A stretch of DNA of 64,000 nucleotides. Origin: the human T2T-CHM13v2.0 reference genome, Homo sapiens. The DNA lies in assembly GCF_009914755.1 (NCBI RefSeq), contig NC_060929.1; one strand, 5' to 3'. Position numbers and translations under genes: made by a program. Each line of letters starts with the position of its first letter. Within the stretch, counting starts at the first letter, position 1. The notes beneath the pieces were generated by a model, which saw only the letters and a list, made by a program, of their open reading frames with translations, was not told where the DNA came from and did no database searches. This document shows, in pieces, positions 1 to 14,499 of the stretch.

Positions 1-329
1 GTAGATTTAGTTTGACGACTAACCTGAGTCAAGGTTTTGCCACTGGAATTACTTAGGTTTACTTTCTAAGTCCCCAGAATGTCTCTTGTATTCTGGGTGA
101 TTGATTAAAGAATTACAGCAGTAAGCACAACAGAGCCACTATTATCCAATTCAAGGACATAGTATGTATGTGTGAGTCACCATAAAAATGAATTGATATG
201 TGCACGGGATGCCAAAAAAATGTGTAGTAGTTACCAATTTTTGCATGTATTGGAGCTATTGCAAGATTGCTATTTCTCTTCCAAACACATCCATAGAAAG
301 AACATGCTTGTTTTGCTCTCTGTTGCCTC

Positions 330-382
330 TCTAGTGCCTGGCACAGACTAGGCCCTCAATAAATACTTGTTGAATTAATGAA
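330..382 (+). mobile_element. L2 LINE 3' tail fragment
   Basis: GTGCCTGGCACAG..CTCAATAAATACTTGTTGAATTAATGAA resembles the L2 3' terminus. Confidence 0.6.
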
Positions 383-869
383 ATAAAGAGCTTAAAATTG
401 TGGCATCAATTTGGTGATCATTAAAATGCAAAATAATTTCCTGGCCAAACCCCAGGATGCTTTATCACTCTTATTTTGTTTTATTTTTATTAGAATTTGA
501 CACTTGTTATATTATCAATCTGTTTATTGTCTGTTTCCCAGCCAGAATTATGATTGTCAGGGATAATCATATGAAGACAAATATTATAAACCCAGAGATT
601 ATTTCTTTTTATTTTCTACTGTATCCCAGCCAAAATATTCTGGCATGAAAATATATTCTGAACAAATGAGTAGATGAGTAGTTGAAGACATCTCAAACAC
701 AGTAGGGCACAAATAAGTTTGATTCATATAAGCACTCCATCTCTAGTTTGTTTGCTAACCAAAAATTAGTGAGTAGACACAATTGAAAGTGATCATTAAT
801 TCTTCTAACACTTATTGATGAGTTGATGGATTTACTCTTTCATCATTCAATATAGGACCTAGAAGTAGA

Positions 870-907
870 ATTTAGGACACAGTTCCTCATTTAGGACATG
901 GTTCCTC
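870..907. repeat. 19-bp tandem duplication
   Basis: ATTTAGGACACAGTTCCTC / ATTTAGGACATGGTTCCTC; the CA vs TG difference fits opposite-strand decay of one ancestral CpG. Confidence 0.85.
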
Positions 908-2574
908 ATTTCCTAGAAGGACTCTGTTAAATATTCAAGTTTAAGAAAGAATTCTTCAGAAATTAGGACCCCTGAACAAACTGATACAGTTCAGCTACAA
1001 AATAAATTAATCAGATGGCTTAATGGTTTAATGTTTTTCTTCTGGAGCAAAAGAATATTTTGACTACAGTTTTATTTGAACCAGCTAGGTATTACAGGGA
1101 GTATGATAAGAATAAATGATATTTAATTTCACTTCTCTTTATGTAACACATGTAAAACCAAAACTGATCAATTATGGTTTAAATAGTTCAAAAATTGGTT
1201 TTCCTTTTTGTTATCCTGTTCCTGAGTATTCATACACACAATTACCCAGTTTCTTTAGGAAACTGAGCCATCATGTAAGCTAGAATAAATCTGTTCTGAG
1301 CTAAACTTCATGTATTTTAAAATTAATTCTATTCATGCAAACACTTATAAAAACAATATTTTAACAAGTGCAATGCCATTTAAGTAGAAGTATGTAAAGA
1401 ATTGAAGGTAGAGTTTTTAAAAAATATTTTAAAAAGTGATTTAATAAAATGTACCAAAGTACATAGAAATAACCACCTATAAAGCAGACACTGTGAAAGA
1501 AGCTTGGGAATAAGAAAAGTTACATTAATTATAGTATTTTAGTACATGGGTGAAAACAAAATGATAGCGTCATTTTAGAATTACACATCACTATGGAAAA
1601 TGATGTTGAAGAGGACTTTTCCTTTTACCAAAATTCGTAGGTATTATCCAAAGTTGAGGATGAAATATCAAGTACCTCACATTCTAGAGAGAAATAAACT
1701 CAATTGGAACCCCACCAGTTCTTCTACACCCCAGCATCATTTTAGCCCTCACCCGCTCAGCCCTCCCCTGTGTGACAGGAAATGAAGGAGTAGAGAAGGA
1801 ATGGGATAAACAATCAGCCATTACTGTCATGGGACTTGGACTTGGATGTAAAAAGTCTATAGTTTTTGCTTTTTCATTCCTTCTCCAGGAAGAATGGGTG
1901 TCTTGTGGCTCCAAGAGAATTACGCATGGAGTTTAGGCATGAAACTGCCTTTCCACTCTGTATTTGCTATGTGTGACATTGCTGAGCGGCTCTCCATGCC
2001 TTTTGGAGAAGAGAGGAGAAAGAGTCAGATATGGCAGAGTGGAAAGAAGATACCAGGGATGCAGTCTGAATTTTCATATTTAATGTGTAATAACATGTGG
2101 GTTTACTCTGGTTTACGTGGTTAACACTGAAGATAGCCAAACCTAAATCAGTGGTGTTTTAGGGAGGGACATCACAGCAGCAAAAACTGTTATAACAAAA
2201 ACCTAAGAAAAGATAAATGAAATCAGTGCACTTACAGCTGCATTCACCATCATGTCAATTTAATGTGGTAATTCCAACAAAGCAGCTAATACATCAAACT
2301 TGACTGGTGGAAGGGAGTGACTGTTTTATAACTGTTTCATGGCTTATAAAAGAGCATTGTAATTGCGAAGTACTTCTAAAATCTTACAGTTTATGGAGAA
2401 GCAGTTGCATGATAATTCTGCTTGTATTAAAAGTAACACATTGTATTGCCTCCAATTTCCTACTAGGCTAGCTTGGCTTCTTTAGATGGTGGTCTCAAAT
2501 AGCATTCCAAGAAAACAATAGGAATACTACAAAGTTTCTTAAGTCCTAGCAATTAGAAGTATTATGACACCCCT

Positions 2575-2725
2575 TCTGCTTTATTCTACTGGACAACTGC
2601 CAGCCCAGATTCAAAGAGAGGAGGAAATAGACTCCATTTCTTATAGGAATGACAAAAATCACATTGCATAGTGGGTACACACTGGATTGGGAGACATCTG
2701 TGGCCACATTTTGAAATCTACCGCA
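2575..2725 (-). mobile_element. Old MLT1 (ERVL-MaLR) LTR fragment
   Basis: CCAGCCCAGATTCAA..GAAATAGACTCCA..TCACATTGCA..TGTGGCCACATTTTGAAATCTACCGCA is typical of the MLT1J/K-type end read in reverse. Confidence 0.6.
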
Positions 2726-2974
2726 GGTAACAAAACAATTAGCTGAGAACAACTAACATGGGGATACTTTTCATCAACACTCTGAAAGAAACACAAAGTA
2801 GAGCATGGGTATTGATTTCCAGTTCCTTTTCACTAAAAGCCTGCTAAAATTGCTTGACCAACTGTGACTAAAGACAGTATCTTTGTAATAATGGAGTTTG
2901 TATTTCTCTTTTTGCATTGTCCAGGTTCTGTTCATTGTCTATGTCCTTAAAATGTGTCATTTTCCATTATAAGC

Positions 2975-3160
2975 TTTACACTTTATCCTTAGGACAACAA
3001 AAAATAGTTATTATTACTTCCTTTTAAAAGATAAGAAAACAAAGATTTAAAAAGGCTAAGTAATTTGCTAAGCCATATAGCTGGTGAGCGGTGGAGCTGG
3101 AATCCAAACCCAGATAATCTGCCCCAAGTCTGTGCTCTTAACCACCATGGTTACTGCCTA
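2975..3160 (-). mobile_element. MIR SINE
   Basis: Reverse MIR core: AAGTAATTTGCTAAG..GGAGCTGGAATCCAAACCCAG..GCTCTTAACCAC. Confidence 0.75.
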
Positions 3161-3454
3161 TTTGATTAATTTGGGGTTCTATTTTCACTGTCTTGTAGAT
3201 TAGAGTATAGCTTGCTTATATCAGGGATTTTATTTTTGGCCTCTGCTAATGCACTTGTTCAAAATTCATACTTAAAATAACATCTTAATCAGTGTGAAGT
3301 AGTCAATGTCTGGCATAATTAATCTGCTTCAGCCATTAGTGGGATTTGTCTGGTCTGTGTTGTATAGACTGGATAGTGAGTTATCCAGACCAAAATGTCT
3401 GAAACAGTCATCCACCCGGGCCATCAATTCAGGCAGTGTGAGATGGAAAAAAGC

Positions 3455-3650
3455 ATTAGTTTCATAGTGGAAGAAGACACAGGTTGGGACCAGACTCCAG
3501 GGTTTCAAATTCTAGCTCTGCTACCTACTAGCTGGGATACTTCAGGCATGATACTTAATCACTGGGGATAATAATATATTCTATATATTCTACTTGATAG
3601 TATAATTATGAAGATTAATGAGTTCATATTTGTAGAAATGCTTGGAACTC
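3455..3650 (+). mobile_element. MIR SINE
   Basis: GGGTTTCAAATTCTAGCTCTGCTACCTACTAGCTG..GAAGATTAATGAGTT..GCTTGGAAC. Confidence 0.75.
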
Positions 3651-4225
3651 TATCTTTGTGCCTTTTAAACAGTTTTTTAAAAATGTATTTACTTCAAACC
3701 ACATAGCCAGGAGAAGTGATGTGTCTGGGCACTCAGTACATCTGAAGTGTCTGGGGTGGTCAGATGTTAATCCAAACATAGGTTTTATTTATCCCATTAT
3801 CCAATTTGTTCAACCTAGTGAAAATACTGATCTTCCATTTGAGAGTTGTCTTTGGTTCAGCTGAACTATATATGGGATTGGGGGATGATTGTGTCCTGCA
3901 TTTTACCTCCCAAAGAGTAGAAAAGGTATTTTTTGTCCTCATCCATACCCAGTATTAACCACAGTGGGTTTCAGAAATTAAAAGGGAAAACTTTCCTCAC
4001 CTAGCCCCAGCCTGGTCCCTGAGTGACCTGGGTGACAGCAGCCCCTTGACCTATCACATCTCATCAGCATCTCATACTTACAAAGTTCTACCCATGGATG
4101 ACAGATCATCAACCCAGTGGTCATGGTAGTCTGATCAGTGTCCCTTTTCTGCACCTCTGGACCTTTTCACAATGAGCACTAGGCTGAGGTAGTTCAAGTG
4201 ATCTGAACTTCATTAGAAAACATGG

Positions 4226-4570
<345 letters not shown>

Positions 4571-4574
4571 TTAT

Positions 4575-4685
4575 TTTATCTTACTAAATATCTTTCCTCA
4601 ACTGTACAACAGGGATGATAATAAAACAGTACCTAATCTCAGTACCTAGTGTATCGTTAGCTCTCATTAAATGGTAGCTATTCTC
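4575..4685 (+). mobile_element. MIR fragment
   Basis: TTTCCTCAACTGTACAACAGGGATGATAATAA..AGTACCT..ATTAAATGGTAGCTATT. Confidence 0.5.
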
Positions 4686-5171
4686 ATTTATTGGATATAG
4701 TACATGCTTCAGTTATTTCTCTAAAGCTCAAAGGGCCTAGTTCTCATGGGATGTATGCCTATTACTTGGAAAATGTATCCATGTATAAACCATAAAATAT
4801 TGTGTTTTGGAAAAGTACATGAGAAAAGTAAAATTTATACCCAATTGAACTTTAGGAAAATATAATGTTTCATATAGAAAAAATTTAGATCATTTATAAT
4901 TAGGAGGGCTACTAATTTTAAATTTTATATTTCAAAGCTCATATATTAACCATAAAATATATATCATAGTGTAAGTTAAATGTACCATTCTAAAGCCTCT
5001 ATTTTAACACATAAAGTTCAATTTTTATTGCTGCCTTTTGATTTATTAAAAAGGTGGTTGCTTTATTTACCCAGTATTGATCTAATATAAACTTCCTAAG
5101 CTTCATTCTCTTATCAACCAAAAAGTTCTGACTTATGGAATGTTAAGATAATCCATTAAAAAATAAAAATG

Positions 5172-5732
5172 CAATGCATGAATGGACAAAAGAAATGTAT
5201 ATATACACAATGGAATACTATTCAGCCATAAAAAATAAAATTCTCTAATTTATAGCAACATGGATGAGCCAGTAGGATATTATGTTAAGTGAGATAAACC
5301 AGACACAGAAAGACAAATACCATAGGATCTCACTCATGTGTAATCTAAAATAGTTGATCTCATAAAAGTAGTGTATAAAACAATGGTTACCACAGACTGG
5401 GAAGGGAAGGAAAGAGGAGTAAAGCAGAAACGTTGGTTAATGTGTAATACAAAGTTACAGTTGGAAAGGAAGAATAAATTCTGGTGTTTTGTTGCACAGT
5501 AGGGTGACCATAGTTAACAATAATGCCTTGTGTGTGTTTGAAGACAGCTAGAAGAGAAGATTTTGAATGTTGCCACCACAAATAAATGATAAATATTTGT
5601 GGTGTTGGATATACTAACTGCCCTGATTTGATCATCACACAACATATATGTCTATCAAAACATCACAATGTACCTCATAAATATGTACAATTATTGAGTT
5701 AATTAAAAAGAAAAATAATTTTAAAATAAAAA
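5172..5732 (+). mobile_element. L1MA 3' end (5'-truncated)
   Basis: ACAATGGAATACTATTCAGCCATAAAAA ORF2 end, L1MA-type 3'UTR (GTTGCACAGTAGGGTGAC..CCTGATTTGATCAT) and A-rich tail. Confidence 0.9.
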
Positions 5733-6366
5733 AGCCTGAGATTTGAGCTGCTTACAAATAAATGTTATAACACTACATTTTCATTATCACATTTTGACTC
5801 TAATACAAAACTGTCAATTCCACAGCATTTAAGAGCATTTGTTTAATGTCAATAGCAGAATTCACAAAACTGACAATTTGTCTCACTCTCTTGCTCTCTT
5901 TATGTTAAATAGATCAAAATCATGACCAAGAGTCTGAGAAAATGTGTTGTTTATATTTAATAGAGTCCAGTACAACTATAATTTATTCTTAGAAAAATTC
6001 AAATTCTTCAGAAAATTTGAAATGTCAACTCTAGATCCTAAGATAAAAATTCATACTAACTTTGAATTTGGTTCAAAAATAAAAATATATACCTGTTAGA
6101 ATTATTCATTAATTGCTTGGAGAGATTTCAAATATTTGACAGTAGGATTAGACAATCCGTCATTTTAGAACTGGTGTAAGTCTTCGCATTTTAGCTAAAA
6201 TATTCATGGTTTTAGAAAGATTTAGCATTGTCTTAGTTAATATTACCTTCAGAATACATAATTAGCATTGAGTTTAAATATTTATTACAAATGGGATAAG
6301 AGTTCAATATCACTCCTTGGTCAAATAATACAAAAATTAATGTATCCATGTCATCACACTGCCAGC

Positions 6367-6827
6367 TGCTATTGTTTGAGCGTTCCCTCCAAAACTCATG
6401 TTGGAAACTTAATTCCTAGTGTGGCAAATTTGGGAAGTAGAACCCTTACAAAGTGAGGTCTAGTGGGAGGTGTTTGGATTAGGGGGCTCTGCTTTCCTGG
6501 GCTGCTTGGTATCATTCTTATAGTAGTGGGTTCTCCCTCTCACAAGATTGGATTAGTTTTCGTGGGAATCTATTAGTTCCTATGAGAGTGGGTTGTAATA
6601 AAGCAAGGACACTCCTCGTGTTTTGTCTCTTTGCACTTGTCTGCTTCCCGTTTGACCTTCTGGGATGGCAGCAGAAAGACCTTCACCAGAAGCCAAGCAG
6701 ATGCTGGTGCCATGCTTTTGGACTTTCCAGACACCAGAATCACAAGCTAAACAAACCTCTTTTCTTCACAAATTATTCAGCATCAGGTATTTTGTTATAC
6801 CAACACAAAACAGACAAGACAAAGACA
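6367..6827 (+). mobile_element. MST-family solo LTR (ERVL-MaLR)
   Basis: TG..CA ends, CCCTCCAAAACTCATGTTG start, AAACCTCTTTTCTT..GGTATTTTGTTATA end; 5-bp TSD CCAGC/CCACC. Confidence 0.9.
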
Positions 6828-8425
6828 CCACCTACAGAAAACAGTATATAAATGAAATCAAGTCTCACAATGTTCAAGTTAGCTTATAACATCTGGCTTT
6901 GATTTATTCATGAAATAAATATTTATAGAGAACCTTCTGTGTGAAGCTTAGAGGAACACTTGATCTTCTCCATTTCTGTTTACTTGAATTTTGTGGACAG
7001 AATATTACTGTTAACAGCTGTTCAGAGAAAACAAGATTAAGAGTCAAAATGTTAGAGAATCTTAGATTTGAAAAAGCAACAAGATTTGTTTATGGCAAAA
7101 TTTCTTGTTCTTTTATAAAATTCTTTAAGAAGGGGATTCAAGGTGTTATAAAATTTCCCTAATATAAATGGCCATGGGCCCCTTACCTCCTATCCTAGTA
7201 ATATTTATTAATATATTAATCAACATTATAGTGTTGTGAAATTTGTTCCTGAAAAGTCATCTTTTCCAATCTACTTTTCTCGTGGAGTGGGTGACTGCAG
7301 ACCATTAAATTTAAGTTTTTCTCAAGGACAGTATTAGATTTATTTTGGAATTGAACATAGATTTTTTCCACTTCAAACAGATTTTTTCTACTAAATGTTA
7401 TTTTTTCCATCCAAGTGCAGTCTTTTTCTAGGATCCTGCCATCTAGAGGATCTTGAAATGAATAACTTGATATTATCTAATTAGATTTAATTTGCTTTTA
7501 CTGCTTAAATATGTTATATTTTTCTAAACTCTCAAAGAGTTAGATAAATTCCTTTAATAAAAGCTCAACGATCTCCTTATGTAAAAATTCTTTATAAAAT
7601 GTCATGAATAACTAGTACTAAGTATAATCTATTATATTCATAAGCATATATATACATACGTATATATTTACTTCAGATGGTCAGGAAGTCTTCTGTATTT
7701 GTGGATTTGTAGTTTATGGTTTCAAAAATTTATATCAGGGTCTGCTCACCCTTATTCTTTTTCTTATTGTTTTTGTTTTTATTGATATTATGCTCCTCTC
7801 TTGCCATAATGTGATAACTTTTGAAGTGTTTATTATTTATTCGTACTATCAATCATGTAACTAAAACTTAATGCTAAGTATATGTAGTTGAGAGGGAGAA
7901 ATATTTTCATAGTGAGGACAGAACAGTATTTAAAATTACATTATGAGAAAGGCTCCTAAATCGTCTTCTATGTGAACAAAAGTACAGAAAATTAAATAAA
8001 CAGGAAGTGTCAGTTTCATTAGAATTCCTCTCCTTTGTATGTAAGTCAAAGTTTTGTTTCAATATAATGAAATTACTATGACAAATTCTTTATCATGAAA
8101 TATAGGTTCATCTTATCTTCTACATTTTTTACCTAACAAATTAAAACTTTTTATTTAAGTGAGTGTGAATTATGAAGTTACCTTGATATTAGTTAGCTTT
8201 ATTTAATGAGTGGTGGTAAGAAATGAGTTCTTATTAAAATGGAAGAAACTGTGATTCATAAGTAATAAAAGAATGCCTGGAAATTGACAGTTTGAAACAG
8301 GAAAGTATGTAATGATCCAGTCTAGATTATTTTAATTGGCTAGACCTTTGTTACTCTAGTCAATCCCAATAAAGAGTTGATAAGTTACAACAATATGAAA
8401 CTCTATACAATATCCACATCATCAC

Positions 8426-8600
8426 AGGGGGATTGAGGTTTGGTGGAATCAGAAGCTTATACAATTTGGAGGAGTAATTTTTAATAAAATCTTAAAAATA
8501 CAATAGTTCAAAATTGCTAGACATTTCTTACCAGTTGCCTATTCCAGTGAGAGGTCTTGCAGTTTAAGTTTCAACAGGTTTATAATAAATAAGCCTTTCT
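8426..8600. mobile_element. Short hAT MITE (Zaphod/MER115-related)
   Basis: CAGGGGGATT..GAAGCTTATACAATTTGG left end and TTTAAGTTTCA..AAATAAGCCT right end; same family ends as 33355-34725. Confidence 0.5.
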
Positions 8601-9190
8601 ATATTATTCAGATGTTAAGAATATCTGCTGAAAAGGTATCACAATCAAGGACAAGAGAGCTTTGCCATTTCTGAGATGAATCGTTCTGGATTTTGATTTC
8701 ATTACAACATAGGCAAGTGTGCATTACATAAAATTATCTTTAAGATTTCTTTTGATTGAAGAATTTCTATTTTTAAGTGGAAAATTTATTACTTCTGGAG
8801 CAAGGCATTCTCCAGGCTAATGTGGAAAAGCGAGTGAATCTTGTTAATTTATTTTGGTACCCTAATTTACATGATTATTTCCTGCCCTCTAAGTTATATT
8901 TGTTTTCACAGAGCAAAATACATGTTTACTGTTCTCAGAGGCTTCAACTGGTTAAAATATGTTGTTCTTGTTTTACAGTAATAGTCATTATATTTTCTAA
9001 GTCAGGGTCCTGAGTACTAACTAGCTCCAGATCACTAGGGGGAGGTGGGGATCTCATAGCAGAGAAGAGAAAAAAGGAAGAATAGGAACCCATTCCCATT
9101 ATCTGCCTTCTCTTCAGCAAATCTTAGAATTGCAAGCTTGACCTACTAACTGAGACATTAATATCATATCTTTGAAAGTTGAAATGATAA

Positions 9191-9750
9191 GTTCTTATCA
9201 TTTAGCTTCCACTTATAAGTGAGAACATGCAGTATTTGGTTTAGTTTGCTAAGGATAATGGCCTCCAGCTCCATCCATATTCTTGCAAAAGACACGATCT
9301 TGTTCTTTTTTATGGCTACATAGTATTCCATGGTGTATATGTACCACAATTTCTTTATCCAGTCTGTCACCGATGGACATTTAGGTTGATTCTATGTCTT
9401 TGCTATTGTGAATAATGGTGTAATGAACATTCATGTGCATGTATCTTCATGGTAGAATGATTTATATTCTTCTGGGTATATACCCAGTAATGAGTTTGAT
9501 GAGTCCAATGGTAGTTCTGCTTTTAGCTGTTTGAGAAATCACCATACTGCTTTCCACAATGCAGATGCTAGGGTCTACTTGAGGAGGGAGTTGGGAGAAG
9601 GGAGAGGAGCAGAAAAGATAACTATTGGGTACTGGACTTAATACCTGGGTGATGAAATAATATGTACAACAAACCCCCATGAGACATGTCTACCTGTGTA
9701 ATAAAGCTTCACAAGTACCCCCAAGCCTAAAACAAAAGTTAAGTAAGAAA
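9191..9750 (+). mobile_element. 5'-inverted (twin-primed) old L1PA/L1PB insertion
   Basis: 9191-~9561 is ORF2 end/3'UTR in antisense and ~9562-9745 is the sense 3'UTR with tail; 17-bp TSD GAAAGTTGAAATGATAA (9174-9190) / GAAAGCTGAAACGATAA (9751-9767). Confidence 0.92.
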
Positions 9751-11087
9751 GAAAGCTGAAACGATAATTAAGTTGTGTGGGTAAGCAGAGTTTTGTTTTT
9801 TTTAGCACCAGATCAGTTAATATAGAATTGATATGAATATCATTGACATGTGAACATCGTTACAGGACTATTTTCCCACAATCGATAAAAAGAGAGAGTC
9901 TCTTTCCTTTCATTTTCTATTTATATATGAAAATATATAGAGAAAAATTATTCAGAGATGGAACAAAATTTTATCTTTGTGTGCTGCCTATTTGTAATCA
10001 TTGTAAACAACTTAAAAACTGTAAGACTTTTTATTTTTGAAAGTCTTCATTGAAAATAGTATGCTAATCATAATAGATTAGGAGTTCAATGGAGAGAAAA
10101 AGTGTGTGTGTTCTTAAAACCTACACAAGTGATTAATATCAAGTAGCCATATTAATTAAATTTTTATTGAAAAAAATGATTTCAAATTTACAGAGCATTA
10201 TCACTGCTCAAAATGTATATTGGCAGCAGTAAGCCTATGTTTTCTTCTGTGATTAAAATACAAAATAAAATAAATGTGATAACATTAACCATGGCTTATA
10301 TGTAAAAAGGGAACTATTATTCATACTTCTACCACCTATTTCAGCCCTAACCATTAACATTTATGCTTCAATTAATTTGTCAAAAGTGGGTCACCCCATA
10401 TATATATGCATTTGTGTGTCCAAAATTTTATATACTACATGTAAATGTAGATCTTTTAAAAGTTTCCTAAAATAGGAAAAAGAAGAAATAAAATATCGTT
10501 AATCTCCAGCAGCTCTCCATTTTGTGAACAGAAGAGTTAATATATAGGATTAGCAATAGCCAAACACTGTCTTTTATATACACAAGTATATAAAGCAAAG
10601 TACTCTTAAAGAAAAATCAAGCATTGCACTGAAATAGCCTTCCAGTTTTACTACAATGCATTTTTTTTTTTGTGGGATAGATTGGACTATTTCACATAGA
10701 TTAAATTTGACAGGATACCAGACTACTGCCATGTTTTTACTTTTAATTCAGTACCCTTTTTGATAAATGTGAGGCAGAAAATATATATTTTTAGGTTTTT
10801 TTCTGATGGGGAAAGCCAATTGAATAATATTTCAAAACTCTGCCATGACTGTGTATCTGGCTTACATTATTTTATAGATAGCTGGAGGGTATTTTAGCCT
10901 TGACATTTCACTTGTCCTGAAAATAGTGATGATACATGGACCAGCACTACATAGAGATCCCATTTTTCTTTCCGAAAGTGCAGTGTGATTAGCCTTTTTA
11001 TCCTCCCAAGACTGCTACCCAGGGAGGCTTTCATGTCAAAGCCAAAGCAGGTTTGATGAAGCAGCATCTCAAGATACTATGGTTTAA

Positions 11088-11800
<713 letters not shown>

Positions 11801-12611
11801 TAGCTGAACTCTGCATACTGTTTATGGCCTTTGGAGACAGATGAAATCCAAAGAGGATACATTCGGGGCAAGGGGAATGAAGGGAGCTGGGAAAGACGCA
11901 ACAGTTTGTTTCTACCCTGGCATCAGGGAAGTTCCCGGGCACATATTCCACTTTGTCAAGGTGAAAATATAGTTATTCCTGCAAACATTGAGAAAGATTT
12001 CAAAATAAAACTCTCAGATATGCAAAACTTTAAAAGGACAGAGTCAACCAAATAGGTCTGAGAATAAGCAGAATTAATGTCACTTAAGACCATTTCCCTC
12101 TGAATAACGGTGAGAGCACTTGGTGGAGAAGTCTAGGTATAACTGACTCTCAGCATTTGTATCCAAATATCATTATTGATTTATAACTTTCCCTGGGCTA
12201 TCTGAGTCCTACAGTCTGCCTATGTTAGTAATCCCTGCCTAAACTGGCACAGCTCACTCTGGCCCATGGCAGCATGGCACATTCACCTTTGGGGCCCAAT
12301 CTGTTCTGAAGATAACAGAAGGTACCCCACTACACTTCAACAGATTACTCAAAGGGATTCTATCCCCGTGAGCTTCTTCACATCAAAAAATGAGATAATG
12401 GCAATTCATCTAACAGGAACACAATTCTTTGGACCTGCAGGCAGCAAAATAATCACAAAAATCAATGAGAAGGAAGCTAAGAATCCACTGGACCCAATAG
12501 GTAAAACAGAAGAAGTCTCATTATGTTCATGAAACATTAATTTGTATCTGTTTTTTTCATTTGCGTCATATCTGGAGAAAGGTAAGTAATCCACACATTA
12601 TGTTAATTTTA

Positions 12612-12921
12612 ATTTTATTTGTTTTTAGATAGGGCTGTGCTCTGTCACCCAGGCTGGAGTGCAGTTGCATGATCATGGGTCACTGCAGCCTCAACTTCCT
12701 AGCCTCAAGCAATCCCCCTGCCTCAGCCTCTCAAGTAGCTGAGACCACAGGTACATGTGCCACCACACCCAGCTAATATTTTTCTTTCTTTTATTTTTTG
12801 TTGTAAAGATAGGGTCTCACTATGTTACCGAGGCTGATCTTGAACTTCTGGGCTCAAGCAATCCTCCTGCTTTGCTCTCCCCAAGTACTGAGATTGCAGG
12901 CATGAGATATCATGCCCAGCC
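12612..12921 (-). mobile_element. AluJ
   Basis: Diverged dimer with J-type features (GATCATGGGTCACTGCAGCCTCAAC, GGGCTCAAGCAATCCTCC). Confidence 0.92.
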
Positions 12922-13205
12922 TCTTATTTTTAATTTTTAAAAATCTCATCAAACAGGAGCTGAGATCTGCTTCTATGAAATGGAAGAGTGGTGGTCAAAG
13001 AAGCAGTCATTGTACTAAGAAATGGCTTGAAAGGATTTCGCTTTTCTGTCATCTCCATTAACCCTCCCCACCCACCATTAAACGAAACAAATCAAAAACA
13101 AAAGCAAACAAATGAAAATCAACCCTCAGTAAATTTTCCATTTAGGTTAAATTTTGCCATGCAGTGTTTTAAAACACACATTTTAGTCTCTCATATAACT
13201 CCCTG

Positions 13206-13207
<2 letters not shown>

Positions 13208-13249
<42 letters not shown>
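13208..13249. repeat. (AC)21 microsatellite
   Basis: Direct reading. Confidence 0.99.
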
Positions 13250-13251
<2 letters not shown>

Positions 13252-14499
13252 CTCCTACCAAGAAAAATGGAGGCAGCAGGACTGGAAGAAGAGACAGGAC
13301 TTCACTTACCTTGGTGGCTACTGCATCCAATCTTCCTGGCTCCTTCTTCCTCCTTTTTATTGTTGGCATTTGTAAATTAAGGCATGCAGAAGACATCTGG
13401 CATGATTACCCTAGGATTCCTTGTATTATCACAAAATTCACTTTCAGGTTTCCAAGGGATGATCCAGTTTGCATATTAACCATGCTCATACAAATAAATA
13501 GAACACACTGTGAAACAATTTGAGTAATTGCTCAGAATGAACAATATCCTTTACTCAGTAGGTGACGTGTATTGGTTGAAGTTACATAACAAATATTTTA
13601 ATAAGAGAGTGCTTTTTCCCACCCCACCCTTCATCGCACATAGTTTCTTTCTGCTGCTAACTCCTCTCAGCAGTGGCTAGTTGTAAACTGAAGGCTAAGA
13701 TGTCTGCAAGAAGCTGAGATTCTTAGCACTGTGGAAGGTAGGCTGTGGGGTGAATGGCAAGATAGATGTAACAAAGTATAGAGAAGCAGGGAGAATTTCT
13801 CTGCCCGGCTAGGACGTATCATATATTTAATGGAGAAAGCAGTCCACATAAAAAACACGTCTACACATAAGGTGTGATTTAAATGGCTAAGTTTAAATGA
13901 AGACAGTCTATGCCTCATATTGATTTTTAAGTTATTCTTTGTCCTGTTAATTGAAATATTATTATTTGGATATATAATTCTCTTATTAACAGCAGCTATG
14001 AGAAAAATTTTAGCGTGAGTTGTTCATGTGGTGTGCATATATGAAGGAATTTTTAAATTGTCACTGGTTTTGTCATATTTCAGAAAAAAAGTAGCAAATC
14101 GCTCCTTCAAAGAAGAAACTTGACATTATCAAGGATCTTGTTCCCATGGCATCATTGACTTTATCCAATGGCAGCAGCTTAAAATTTCCATAGAAACTGG
14201 ATCTGACAATGACTGCTAAAAGTGCAGTCCCCCATAGCAATATCAGTTGAATTGAAAAGGAAGCGTAAATTGTCTTATCAAAATCTTTTCCCACACAGTC
14301 CATATTCTCACATTGTCCTCTGCTATTTTAGTAAATATTGACTTGCTGCCCAAAGGAGTGGCTTTGTAAGAAGGCTTGAGAGATGTAATAGTAATACCAA
14401 TGATTTAGGTGGAAAATAAAAAAAAATTATAGTGCTTATTTCATTGGTTAGAGATAAATGTATGTAAATCTTCCAGCAGAGAAGTTTCCAAAAACCTTA

